Shown here: piece after piece, positions 40,831 through 54,400 of the stretch
How the letters are laid out: each line of letters opens with the position of its first letter
How positions within the stretch are numbered: position 1 is the stretch's first letter
Assembly: GCF_964355755.1 (NCBI RefSeq)
Contig: NC_092676.1
Span: forward strand, 25,624,871 to 25,688,870
Direction of reading: 5' to 3'
From: Antedon mediterranea
Lineage: Eukaryota > Animalia > Echinodermata
Length of the DNA: 64,000 bases
Notes under the pieces: generated by a model
What the model was told of the DNA's origin: nothing
The model's input: the letters and a program-made list of their open reading frames with translations, nothing else
Databases searched by the model: none
Position numbers and translations under genes: made by a program

Positions 40831-42139
40831 TGGATAGCAGGTGGTAGCATTTACACAGCCAAACAATATTTTATAGTGATTTTTATGATTGAAACAATTG
40901 AAAAATGAGGGAAAAAATACAAGATATTAATATAGAAAAATGTGTAAACATTACCTGACCTGCTGATTAGGCGGCCATGATCTGTTTTTTAACTTTTTTA
41001 AAACATCATATGTGTAAAGCTCTGACTACACTATCAAACTTTATGTGACAACAAAATGTGATGTGACCATATGTGGACATGATGACATCATATAACTACC
41101 ATATTTGGGCATGTCACTACCATATTTGGGAACATCACACTAGTTTGATAGTGTAGACAGAGCTTTAAACATTTGTTCTTCATAAAATTGGTGAACATTT
41201 ATGAGCAACTTAATGTAAATTAATATTCATGTTTTTCCTTCATGTTTGTGTCATTTATAATGTTTTATGTGTATTTTTAAACTAGTTTAGTTGTATGGAA
41301 GAATTTATTTATTACTGCTAAATTTAATACTCATTGAAAATATAATAACAATTCATCACACTAATTAATTATTATAGATCTAATCATGTCATTTAATAAT
41401 GTTTTTAAATATGATGTTTTTAATCCAAAAAAACTAGGAGTGGTTAATCACATGTATGACATTTTACGAGTTTTTTGTATATGGATAATTCTGTTCTCAT
41501 TAAAGCATATTATATTTAATAATAAAAGAAATTGGATTTTAAGTCAGTTTTTTATTTCTTTTTGTCATAGAATGTATTTTTATGTAGCTATAAAGACCAT
41601 AGCCACTAGTACAGTTGGTAAGGTTTCAACCTGACTATTTTTTCACAGAGATCTTTGACAACTCAGTGGCTTAGAGATTGTTCCATTTCTCGCGAAAACC
41701 GCACCACTTTATTTCTCATGGCTACATCACTGTATTGCATATAGCCAGTATGCTAGTAAACTACAATTCTGTATGCCTACAGATGTCCTGTTTATTTAAC
41801 AATTAATAACAGCCAATCACCTTCCATCAGGGAAGTATGGACAATTACTACATATTACTTGATATGGTTTTAGTTTTGTATCTGGAAAAGACCAATAAAA
41901 GATTTGGTGTGGGGTACTGCGTGTATGTTCATATTGCATTAGTTGGTCATTAAACAAATTGGATTTAAGGATTATGAATTTTAAAAATGGAAAAAAAGGT
42001 CTGAAAGCGCTGTGAAAAACAATTCTCTTAATCCCATTAAGCATACTACTTAGTATACTAGTAGTTACTACAATGATGGAGAATTTGTTCAAATTCAATT
42101 AGAGAAAATTATAGAGGGGGTAGTTGCATTTTCTGCCCG

Positions 42140-42195
42140 TCTGTGACGCGTGACGTCAGGACTGTTGACCTATGCAAATGAGATTGACCTTGTAT
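42140..42195 (+). promoter_or_regulatory. Proximal promoter of the PHD-finger gene
   Basis: Full CRE TGACGTCA (42151-58) plus half-site, octamer ATGCAAAT (42172-79), two TGACCT half-sites, 150-180 bp upstream of the ATG. Confidence 0.55.
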
Positions 42196-42333
42196 GTCAA
42201 GAAAGCGGTTACCGAAAGTGTCGAGAAAGGTGAAAAAATACAGGAACAGTGTTGAAAAGAAGCAGAATTTGTCTTTAATTAAGTCATTTTCCTAGATTCA
42301 AGACTAACAGAGTGCACATGAATATATGCCGAT

Positions 42334-44732
42334 ATGTTATCAGGTAAAAGAAAATGTCTTCTCTTTGTAAATAAATAGTTTGCAGTCGTTTTCTAACCCA
42401 CCTCTTTTCTTACTGCAACACTTTAGGCAACCAGCTGGCTAGAAGGACAAAATCAGCAATCACCTTTCAAAATATGTAGATTTAGTGTCAAAATATGTGT
42501 TATTATCACTAATATTTATTGTTTATAAGTTCAGCATTGAAAACTGATTGTTTTAATGTAGCATAGCATGCTTGGAAGTTGGTATTATGTCTGCTATTTC
42601 TAACGCAAACTTGGAACATATTTTGACAACAATTTGATGCGAGCCGTGGGTGTCTAGGCCTCTCGGACCCATTTACGCAGTGGACACTGGTAACATTTGG
42701 GCGTTGGAGAGAACAACAACTGCCGCTTCTCGGCAAATTGACATTAGCGATTATCGTGTTTTCCTATACTGAAGGGATTAAATTACAACTCTATGTTAGT
42801 TGATGTTATGGGTTACAGTGAATACCAGAAATACTCTTACTAAACTTGATTTGATATGCGATACTTAAATTGTAATATAGACTATACTTTTAATTTAAGG
42901 GTAAATATCTTGACTGTGTTTGTCCAGTACTGCAATTAAGATACAGTTTCCCCATAGATTTTTTTTATTTAATCATGTAATTCAGCTGATTGTATAATTG
43001 TCTTTATTTGTTAATTGAGTGTGATCATCCTTTTAATACCATAAATTCTATTTATCAACCAACAATCAATTTATATACTAATTCATTTATTTTGATTCTT
43101 AGTTTCATCGCCCGTTTTGAAACGTCCATCTCCAATAAAAGAAGAAGTAGAAGACATTAATTATTTTGAGGTTAGTATAATATATCATTTTTATAAACCT
43201 TTAAACAAATATTAATTATAAGCTTTATAATTATATTTTGCATCACCAAATAGGGTATCCATCGATCCAGTTATGTTAGAGAGAGTTTCTGGTTTCCTGG
43301 TATTGGGATAATTGCCTGTAGTTATGGTTGTGATCTCACTGTATATTTACATCTTGTAGACTATGTTCTAAGCTTTTCTTAGTAAAATAATTTTTAACAT
43401 TTTAACATTTATTTGATTTTCAGCATAATAAAACAAAGAAACGTCGGACAATGACAGATTTCAACACGTTTTGTACATGGGTGTTAGACTATGAGGCTTC
43501 ACTTCAAAAGAGAGAGGTAAATTAGCAAATATGAGTATATAAAACCTAGAATAAAAAATATACAATTTTGTAATATGTACAGAGTTGAATTTATTGAATA
43601 AACGAAAAGGTTAAGTTCAACCAAAAACCCATTGACTTCCAGTAAATGTGACTAATTTTTGCTTTAAATTACAGTTTTTATAGGTAAATAACTTTTTTAG
43701 TTTATCTAATTTTTGGTAAAAGTGAATAACTATTATGGAACATCAAAATGGCATTTTCAACAACAACAAAAATTGAAAAAAATATTTTTTCAGGGGGACA
43801 ATATATCTTTAAATGAAACAGTGATACTTTTTCTCTTCGCAGAAATCTAGAAACTACAAGCGTAGTCATATATGGAACATCAAAATGGCATTTTCAACAA
43901 CAAAAATTGAAAACAAATATTTTTTCAGGGGGACAATATATCTTTAAATGAAACAGTGATACTTTTTCTCTTCGCAGAAATCTAGAAACTACAAGCGAAG
44001 TCGTAGTCCTCAAGATAGTGAAGGGAACAGCATTGCAAGTGGATCAGAGATTAGTGTACCTTGCTTACCAACTAAGAGAATGCAGAGCCAAGGTTCAAAG
44101 AAACTCAGTAAGAGAAAAATCTTAGTTCAGAATCTAGATGCAATACAGTAGTATACAGATAATGAATGTTTATATGAGTTGATTAGGGAGGGATATTTCA
44201 TGACAGAGTGAATAGTCTCCCTATTCAACAAATACAAAATAGTCCTTATTTGACACCTCTACTGTTTTAAAGTAAACTTTATTTAATTAATACATTGCTT
44301 TCATTTTGAATCAATGCTACATAAGTACCATTAAAGATCACCATTAAATATCACTTTAGTAAAACTAATATTGAATGGCACGTGATTTAATTAACCAAAT
44401 CAAATGTGTGTCAGGTGTGTTATCATATTTAATCATGCCCTTTTTAGCGATGTTGTTTATTCATATATTGCATACATTTTATGTTTTTTCTTGCAGATGA
44501 AGATTGGGAACTAGTAACGTGTTACTGCAGTAAACCATTTGCCGGACGCCCCATGATTGAATGTTCCGAATGCCTCACATGGATTCACTTATCATGCGCT
44601 AAAATCCGCAAAACGAGTGTTCCCGATATTTTTATTTGTACCAGATGCAGGGACTCTAAAGTTAAAGTACGCAAATCGTTCCGTGTTAGAGAGCCAAAGA
44701 AGCATTTTACGGAGCTCTATCCAAAAACATAG
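42334..44732 (+). CDS. PHF13: PHD finger protein, PHF13/PHF23 family, 5 exons, ~178 aa
   Basis: join(42334-42343,43103-43170,43424-43516,43978-44107,44497-44732). N-terminal family motif [19 protein letters not shown] (cf. KRRRTVEDFNKFCTFVLAY) and [39 protein letters not shown]. Exon 1 is less certain; probably co-orthologous to PHF13 and PHF23. Confidence 0.9.
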
Positions 44733-44991
44733 TTCTTATGGTACTACAACTTTAGAGCGACAATGAGACAGGGTAGCACATTTTCACAAGAATGAACATT
44801 TCGTGCAGCTGTTTTATTGTCCTTGTAAATATTATATATAAAAATATTTGATAGTTTAAGCAACTTTATCGAATGGGTAAAATCAGGTAAAGAAAAATGT
44901 CCCCTGAAACGAAGACCAAAGAATCATAAACAAAAAATTAATTGTGATATCTGGACTGTAAAATGTTGGTGTCATGTATCAACAAGTTTTA

Positions 44992-45165
44992 GGGGCCTTT
45001 CACACCTGTTCCGGTCCGGCGAATCAAACGCCAATGTTTCATTTTCACGACGCTTCACGCGGCCAAGCACCAATCGATGTGCGCGTAGCCGCGTAAAAAC
45101 GAAACATTGACGTTCGATTGGATTTGTCGTCACGGGACCGTGCCGGAGCAGGTGTGAAAGGCCCA
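44992..45165. mobile_element. PIF/Harbinger-like MITE in the probable PHF13 3' UTR
   Basis: TIR GGGCCTTTCACACCTG / CAGGTGTGAAAGGCCC, TTA/TTA TSD. Confidence 0.85.
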
Positions 45166-47599
45166 TTAGGGGTGATTTTAAGACTGTTCACTAAAACACA
45201 GTTCCTAATAAGGTATTCATATTTACACCTGCCAACCTGAATATAGAATTTTAAAACAAAAATTTTTTACAGTCCTGATAATCATAATATTTTGTTAAAT
45301 TTGCAATCTGATACTATGATTAATGATCTTATGAATTCTATCTCTTATGCTCTTTTGATTCATTAGCCTTAATTAACTGCATTTAGTTAAACTAAGAAAA
45401 ATTTCTATGTATTTTAAAAGTAAACTAATTTACTTGCTTATGTTATTGCAAAATAAATACAAATATGATAAATTTATTTATAAATTCTTGTTGGGAACAA
45501 TGTAAAAATTATTATACTGCAGTATAACTGTATTTTGTTTACTCTTTAAAGCTGTTTATGAAATCAGCAAACTTTTTTTGGGTAATCATACACAATTTTT
45601 ATTGCAGTGACTGCCTCATAAACTTTTATATTGAAAAAATCTAAATCCATTTGTTATTACAGTTATATGTAGTTAACTGCAGTAGAATAATTTTGACATT
45701 TTACCTTAAGCTTTGTCCACACTATCAAACTAGTTTGACAAAAATTGTGATGTGCTCGAATATGGTAGTGATATGACATCATGTCCATATATAGACAAAT
45801 TACATCTTTTTGTCAAATCAAGTTTGATAGTGTAGACAGAGCTTAAGAATGTCTTTAATTCATCTAATTTTCAGGGGACAAAATATCTTTAATATAGTTT
45901 ATCAGTAGAAATATATTTGACTTCTTTATTTTACTCATTGTAAACTTAGTAATAACTTTTTGCCTCTAAAGAAAAGGGAATAGTGATTTTTTTTTATTGA
46001 GCGTATATTGTCAGGTCACCTATTTTTATTAAGACTTAATGCTTTTTCTAAATAGATTAAAACATGGTTTTCACATTAAAACAAGATCATCTCCGAAATG
46101 TTGGTGCTACATTTGACTTTATATGTCCCTGTTAAAAACATAGAACACTGCCATTACTATTATCTTTATATGAATTATTTGTAGTAAGTAATTTCTTACA
46201 ATGCTAATTGCTGTAGCTTTTATAGACTGAAGCATGTAATGAAATTGTCCCAAAAAAATGTCATGTAAAGCTTGCCGTGTGCTAGCATTATACCCGTCAG
46301 TAGCGTAACTGCTATGAGCACTCATTGACTAAACCCAGCGCCCCCGAGCATGAGCCGTCCACTGCAACTAACCAGTGTTATAGGGTTCTTAAAGCTTTGT
46401 CTACACTATCAAACTAGTTTGATAAAAAAAAGTGTGATGTGCCCAAATTTGGTAGTGATATGGTCAAATGTGATGTACCCATCAAATTTTGTTGTCACAT
46501 AAAGTTTGATAGTGCTACAGACAAGGCTTTAGGAGTGCTAAACCAGGGGCTCATTGCCTGTGAGTGATACCTGTTTTTTCATGAGTATATTCACAGTAAG
46601 CTATACTTCACTCACACTTCTATTGCTAGTAAGTCACTAGGTATAGAAGTGTCTCTCGGATAACATACCTTCCACCACACAGTTGGAAAATTAGCGTAAA
46701 AGTTATTGACTATACCCGGGACTATACCTCATCACTGATATTGAAAACTAGTAAGTTTTAGGTGTTTATAAAAATAGTGTCATGTGGATTGTTGATTATT
46801 TATAAGAAAATAATGATATAAGAATTTAAGAAAGTTTTTCATTTTAAGACGTTGATTGCATTAAGTTGTAGACACATTATAGTCTATTACAAAGTACTAT
46901 ATTTAATATAGCTACAACAGTGTTTTTATCTTAATTATTTTTTTTTTTTGTATATCTAAACACTTACTGTACATAACAAATATTTTGTTCATTTTAACTT
47001 ATTTTGTTTTAATTTCCCTCTTTAAGAACTAACTGTGTTTCTTAGAAACATTCTCTAAAAAATATAAAGTTTGAACTTAAGGCCAATTATGTACTAACTT
47101 GTCACATGTTTCACTCGATGGCTGCGAATAAAAATGTCAACAAATTGTAATTATGCAGTATATAAATAATTAAGTTTCAATAATAATAAAGAAGTAAGCA
47201 AATTAAGTTTTTAAAAAAATAACATTTATGGATATACTGTATATATAGCTCTACTTATGCAAATAAGGATGGTGTGGTAATTCATAATGTTGGTTATTAA
47301 AATACTGCTGTATCAAATTTAAACAAAAAGTTTCTTATTCATGAGCAACTCACAATGTGTTCGCTTTTGTTAGCTCCACTTATGTACTTTAACAAATCAT
47401 GTCTCTTGTTTTTATTTGTTTCATTTATTTAACTGTATTATTTTATATTCTACTAGTGCCTTCAGTCTGTGTAGATGTACATTAGTACTTTTATTTTATA
47501 ATTATTTCAAGCTATTTATCATAATATACATAAAAGCAAAAGAAATTGAATAAATTTAACAGGTTTGAAAGAAAGAGAAATATTTGTTTTTACTTTTAA

Positions 47600-48059
47600 A
47601 GATGTATTGTCCCTTGAAACACAAAAAAAGTCAAAATATACTAAATTTTTATTGGCCATATCAAAGTAATATTAAAGTTATTGACTTAGTCGCGATTAAA
47701 AGTAAACAAAGATTTTAAACCATGAGTATACATTATGCATGATGCTAATTAGGATTGTTTACAACTTGTCACGGTTGAGAAGGTGTTTTCACACAGATCG
47801 CGAGGAAGTTTTATGATTATGCATACAGAGTAGCCAAATAAGCGCATTGCATTATAAGATATGTTTTGATCAAAACTTTGACTGGAAGTCAAAGTTATTT
47901 TTTGAACCAAAAAACGTCTGTATTTCAGTTAAATGATTTTTTTTCCGACTAATTTTTGGTGAAAGTTAATAACTATTATGATACTTCAAAATGACCCACT
48001 TTTTTTCGAAATCTTTTTATTTTTATTTTTTTTGAATTTGACAAAGGGACAATACATCT
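47600..48059. mobile_element. TTAA-targeting MITE (Kolobok-like)
   Basis: TIR AGATGTATTGTCCC / GGGACAATACATCT, TTAA on both sides. Single termini of the family also at ~14620, 43790-43812, 43925-43947, 45870-45892 and 63845-63868. Confidence 0.8.
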
Positions 48060-48466
48060 TTAATATTCAGTATTTTGAATCTTTTCAGTTTGTAAATATG
48101 TCATAAATTGTTTAAAAAACATGATTGCACTTTCTATTTTGATTTATATTCGCATCACTTATGACCAAAAATATTTACATAAATACAAAATAATGATTTT
48201 ACTAAATTATTTTTTTTTAAACAAAAGAAATGTGTTACTCTTTCAAATAAAATTAATTGAGAAATTTTACAAATAATGGACGAATCCAAAAAGTAGTAGC
48301 CTCGTTTATCCAGAACCACCACGCCTAGGCTAGGCTTCCGCAACACAAAACGTACCTACGATAAAAAGAGCCGCGAGCCGCGACCGAGGCTGTTTCCGGG
48401 TTCACGACGGGGCGTTGATGGAGTTGATTTGAGTGTTGAAATTAGCTTGAAAACGTACCCAAAAAC

Positions 48467-51400
48467 ATGTCTCGACAGCTAAATCAGAGCCAACAAAAGC
48501 TGGCTGAGAAATTAACAATCTTAAATGAGCGTGGCATTGGAATGGTTGCTCGCCTTTATAACATTAAAAAGGTAACATCTGAATTCATAATTATGGCCTC
48601 CACTTTGTTTATTTTTAGGCCTGTCAGTTGAATAGGTTGCAGATTTAGAGTTGAGTGAGCAACTGATCCTGCATGTACTGTATTGTAGCATACACAGCTG
48701 CTGTCTATTATTAAAGAATAAGGCTAGGCACTTACAATATTTTCAATTGTTGGTAGCCAGGCATAAAAGCCTTATTAATGTAATTATATACAACAATTTG
48801 TTTGAATAAAGTTTTTACTTGTGATTTTGCTCAAAAAATAATTACGACGGTTGCAGAATTTGTTTATTCAAAGATATTTCTGCAATTTCACATTAAACAG
48901 AATCGTCTCAGTGCCGAATTGTCCCGGATTCAAACAATGAATTTGCACAATTTCTAAATTGCACACAAGTGACAAGTCAGCTTTTTAAATTGAGAAATAA
49001 TTATGCAAATATTATTTTTAGTGCAGTAGCGCTATGACGTGTATCTGATGATGCCTAGATCAGCCATGCATGGAAAATATCTTTAATTAATCAAGGAACC
49101 ATATTTTTTTTCAGGCATGTCAAGATCCAAAATCAAAACCTCCATTCTTGTCCGAGAAGGCGTTAGAAGCATGTGTGAAAAAGATTGTTCATAAGTTTCC
49201 ACAGACGGATATGAACAATGATCATGTACAGTACTTTATTTTAATTTTCCATAAAAAACCCATCAAAAAATATAATTTTAATATTATTTAATTATAATAA
49301 AATATATCACTGCAAAACCTACAGTAACCATGGTTATGTATTAATTTTTTTTTTTTACTTAACAGGGTCAGTTAAATGCTGTAGATCATAGGAAAGGAGA
49401 CATCATGAAAGTTCTCTCCATATATTACTTAACATTTAGAGATATTCTGGACTATAAGGTAGGTGTTCTATTTGGATTTAGTTACAGTCTATCAATGTCG
49501 AGTAAAAACCTTGATAGTTACGCATCTTCCTTTGGGCTGATTGAACCAATCCCACCATCTCTATGATCCCACCAAACATGTAAAAAAATGGGTACAAATT
49601 TGCATCAAACCAAATCCAATGCAAACCAATATACATTGATATCTTCTTTTTTATAGGATCATGTAGCCGAATTAATGGTGATTATTGATGCTTGTAACGT
49701 CCGGTTTGATATTGTAAGTTTACAAATTTATTACACTCCCAAAAAAATATTGAAAATTTAATAATTAGCTGGCATACATACCTTCCAAACACACAGATTT
49801 ACACTGTTAGCTACTTGATTTAGTTATATGCGCTATGCCTACTAATTTACAGTAGCACAGTCTTTGCAAATCTTTTTAAAAGAAATTCTACCACTTTTAT
49901 TATCCCACCGATAGTATCATGATCATTTGTCCTTTTGCTAATATACTTATTGTGTCTTCACTCAATTCAATTTTGCAGACAACTAATTTTGATTTAACCA
50001 AGTGCTACCTAGACCTGGTCTGCATCTACATCTCCTTAATGATAATGCTAGCAAGAGTAGAAGATCGTAAGGCCATGTTGGGTCTTTACAACCAGGCTTA
50101 TCATCTCTCCAATCACAAAGTGTAAGATAAGATTTTGCTAATGTATTTAATATATTACTCCTTTATATGTAACCATCTTAAAGTTTAGTGCACTAGATGT
50201 TACATACTTTAGCTCTGTCTACATTATCAAAAACTTTATGCAACAAAAAAAATGTGGTGTGCCCATAATATGGACTCAATGATGTCATATTACTACCATA
50301 TTTGGGCACATCACTTTTGTTGTCAAACTAGTTTGATAGTGTAGACAGAGCTTAAGAAAGTAAGAGAATGACAGAGCTTTAAGGTCCCTTTCATGTAGAG
50401 CTGCCACCACATGGAGCTCACCCCTGCATCCATGACAGTTTAGAAAGTGATCTCTCTAACCACACTGTGGTTTTTTATTTGTTTTTTTTTATCCAGAGTT
50501 TTAACATTATTGTAGCGTAACGTGTTGATTTTTTATGTTAATTTTAAGCTCCGTCTACATTACAGCATCAAACTAGTTTGACAAAATATGTGATGTGCCC
50601 AAATATGCCACTGGTATGACCAAATATGGCAGTGATATGGCCACATCAAATGGTTTAGTTGCATAAAGTTTGATAGTGTAGACAGAGCTTTAGAGATTAC
50701 TTCCTTTTCTCTTTTATTTTTGAATGACGTTCTAAAAATATTTTATTTATAGGGAACCTAATTTCCACCGGCTTGGTAAACTAATTGTTGATTTTGAACA
50801 ACCAACAAGGAAGTTGTTGGAAGAATTCACGCCTCACACAAAGGTTATAATCATTTGTTTTTCCTTCTACTGTATTTAATGATACTGTATGGTGGTTATA
50901 CAGCATACAAATTTGTATTTTTATATCTACATCGTAATTGTTGATATAAAGTTTGTGGTACACCACGTATATATAGTTCTGAACAGAACTGTTGAGTTTC
51001 TCGACGTTATATAATATACGTCGATTTTCCTCAGGAGTAAGAATGTAATTGCCATTATGCATATTAGTTATTACCTCTGTTTTGTTTGTGTTGTAGTTAC
51101 AGCCAAATACTTGTTATTATAGTAAAATTATAATAATATTGAATAACAATAAAATTTATCTAATGTCAGTGTTATTGTCTGAACACATCAATAACATAGA
51201 GATATTCAAGATTCATCAAATTTTATTCTCATCCATTTCTGTAAATTCCATTGCTTGCATTAAAAATTACAGAACAACAATTGAAACTACATTACAATAA
51301 ACATATTTGATATATATATAAATCTAAAGGCAAATTACTGAAAAAATGACAATGCTGTGGGTATCAGTGGCTGGATCACAATGGAGGTACTGTACAAACA

Positions 51401-54400
51401 AAATATGCAATGAAAATGACAATACTGTGGGTATCATCAGTGGCTGGATCTCAATGGAGATACAAAAAAAAAGAGAGAACAGCTAAATCAAAACGATAAG
51501 TAAAACAGCCAGAAAAGTTAGCAGAGCATTCGGGCAACACTAGCCCTTCATCAGTGCAAGTATATATATATAATATATAAGGCTTTACCATGTTGAAACA
51601 CCGGTTCTCGTCAGATCACCGAAGTTAAGCGTCGTTGGGCCTGGTTAGAGCTTGGATGGGAGACCATCTGGGAATATCGGGTGCTGTATATGGAGCTGGG
51701 GTCCCGTTAGGCATTTGAAATCAGCATTGCTGACTCTTATGACAGCCCCTACATCTAGTATCTGCCTTTCCTCTGGTGAAGGTGGGCACTGGACGAGCGA
51801 AGCCCTTGATCAATGTTAGGACCAATCAAGGTGCTTTAAACAATCCTGGCTTTGTTTGTATCAAACCTGTTTTTTGGCGGTAATTATCGCTGTTGGCTTC
51901 GATTGAATAAAATAAAAATAAATAAAATATAAACAATAAAAAGCAAAACTATTTACAGTAAATTACATTGCTTCAATTTGTTTACTTACAAAGTATAATT
52001 TCTTCACTTTTTTTCTTTTCTTTCAATAGTGCCTGAGTTCTGCACTGTTCTCTCTGGAAAAAATCTACCCACGACGGAATCTTGGTGCTGAGCAATGGAG
52101 GGCGCAAGAAATGCTGAGTATCATCACAAAACCTGCAGTAATGCTTAACCCAGCTCAAAGTGATACAGTAAGTAAAATTAAAGTGATGTGCCCATATATG
52201 GAAATGATGATGTCATATCACTACCATATTTGGGAACATCACACTTTTTTTGTCAAACTAGTTTGATAGTGTAGACAGAGCTTTAGGCAAGATGCTTTAC
52301 TCTCTTTGCCTAGTAATTAAGTTGAGCTATACAGTGCTGCTAAAGAATAGAAGTCCTTAGGGGGAATGATCTTTGTAAGATTTACTCTGCTGCAGTTACT
52401 GCAGCAAGCATTACAGTATTGTGTGCTATTCATTGACTGTTTGTTTTACTATATTATTTGAAGTACTGTAGTTCTTAAACTGACATTTTCTTTGCATCAG
52501 GAAGAACCGCGTCTTGTGGCCAATAGAAATAGTACAACGTCCATAGATTTCTATGGTTATTATAATAGACAGGTGGGCTGATTTACATAAATTTGCATAA
52601 AGCTGAATGACCTGCATTGGCATGGTTATATTATGGGTAATATGATATACATGTGGACTGATTTGCATAAAAAGCTGAAAATCCTATATTTGGCATAGTT
52701 GCATTATGGGTAGTATTTTATTACAAGTGGACTGATTTGCATAAAGCAGAAACCCCTATATTTGGCATAGTTGCATTGTGGGTATTTTATTACAGGTAGA
52801 CTGATTTGCATATCCAAAAGTTGAATGACCTGCATTTTGCCTGATTACTTAATTCAAAATTGCATGTTTTTATTTTTATTCATTAACAGAAATGTTTGCC
52901 ATAAACTCATAAGCAAGGAAGCATGTTGAGAGTATTTTTGATAAACAGTAGAACTCCTACCTTCAGGACCCTACAAAGTGGTCCCCTTAAAGGGTGTCCC
53001 CTTAAAAGGAGGTCTCCTAAATAGGGGGGGGGGGGTCTAAAAAAGGAGTTCTATTGTATATTGATTTGACACTTTAAATATTATGAATATATTTTAAACT
53101 TTAAAATAATAATTATTAGAATAATAATTTACATCCTGCAACATTTTTGTTTTTTAAATAGATTAGGCATTATGATATTTTTCATGTTATGAAATTATCA
53201 TTCGACTTTACTATATACATGGGCATTATGACCAGAATGAGTTATAAACAGATATGGAGATACAATTACTATATATGGGCATTATGACATACCTTAATAA
53301 CCAAAATATGGAGATACAATTACTATATGTGGGCATTATGACATACCTTAATAACCAAATATGGAGATACAATTACTATATGGGCATTATGACATACCTT
53401 AATAACCAAATATGGAGATACAATTACTATATATGGGCATTATGACATACCTTAATAACCAAATATGGAGATACAATTACTATATATGGGCATTAAATAT
53501 GGAGATACAATTACTATATGTGGGCATTATGACATATGTTATGACCAAATATGGAGATACAATTACTATATGTGGGCATTTTTACATCTATAACCAAATA
53601 TGGAGATACAATACTATGGGCATTATGATATAAAGTCATGAATATGTATGATTTTTAACTGTTGATCTGTGGATAGTTTCAGAACTTTCTCCAGACAAAT
53701 GGAAAGTAATTGGCACTTAAACATATTTTACAGGACTGTCTTATGTAATGATGATATCAATCGTATAATATTATTCAAAATATATGAACTATATTTGTAC
53801 CTAATTATAATATAATGGTTGTTTTAATAGATGCGTTGTGAATACTTTTCCTTAGATGCAATGGAGCGTTGGATTATTTGTAAGTTGATTTCTATACATT
53901 TCAAAATATACAAATTCACAATTCATTTATTCATGGTCAAACACTGTAAAATATAGTACATAGTTTGAAATTATTTTCATTAGAAGTTAAAAATTCACAT
54001 AAAAATACAAAAATGAGTTAAAAAGTTGTGATAAAATACAGGTAAAACACATCTTTTAAAATACAGATAAAATACATCATTTAAAATACAAAATATACAG
54101 TAATCAAGATTGGTGTGTGTAAGTGTATAGCTGGCATAAAATGGTTAGGGGTTAGGGTTAGGGTTAGGGGTTGGGGTTAGTGTTAGGGTTAGGGTTTCCA
54201 TGTTTCATTGAATTGCCTCATTTAATTCCATAAATAAACTCACACAAATGATCAAACCGTACTGTACAAATTACCATTTATAGAATTCAATTCAATTTAT
54301 TTTCATAACATACATCATTGTGAAATAATATTACAGTGTTTTTTGTGAAAATTAGAATGCACTTATGTTTGAGAAACATAAAGAAGCCCAGAATTCTATG

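Noticed and set aside
51581-51690. Functional 5S rRNA gene
   Set aside because: 5' end eroded, many substitutions, no oligo-T terminator, and it continues into a SINE-like body and tail.
51760-51830. HDV-like ribozyme in the 5S SINE body
   Set aside because: TCCTC lies in a simple hairpin; no consistent nested double pseudoknot could be built.
54143-54195. True telomere or chromosome-fusion scar
   Set aside because: Only about 8 imperfect units in one orientation inside an intact gene.
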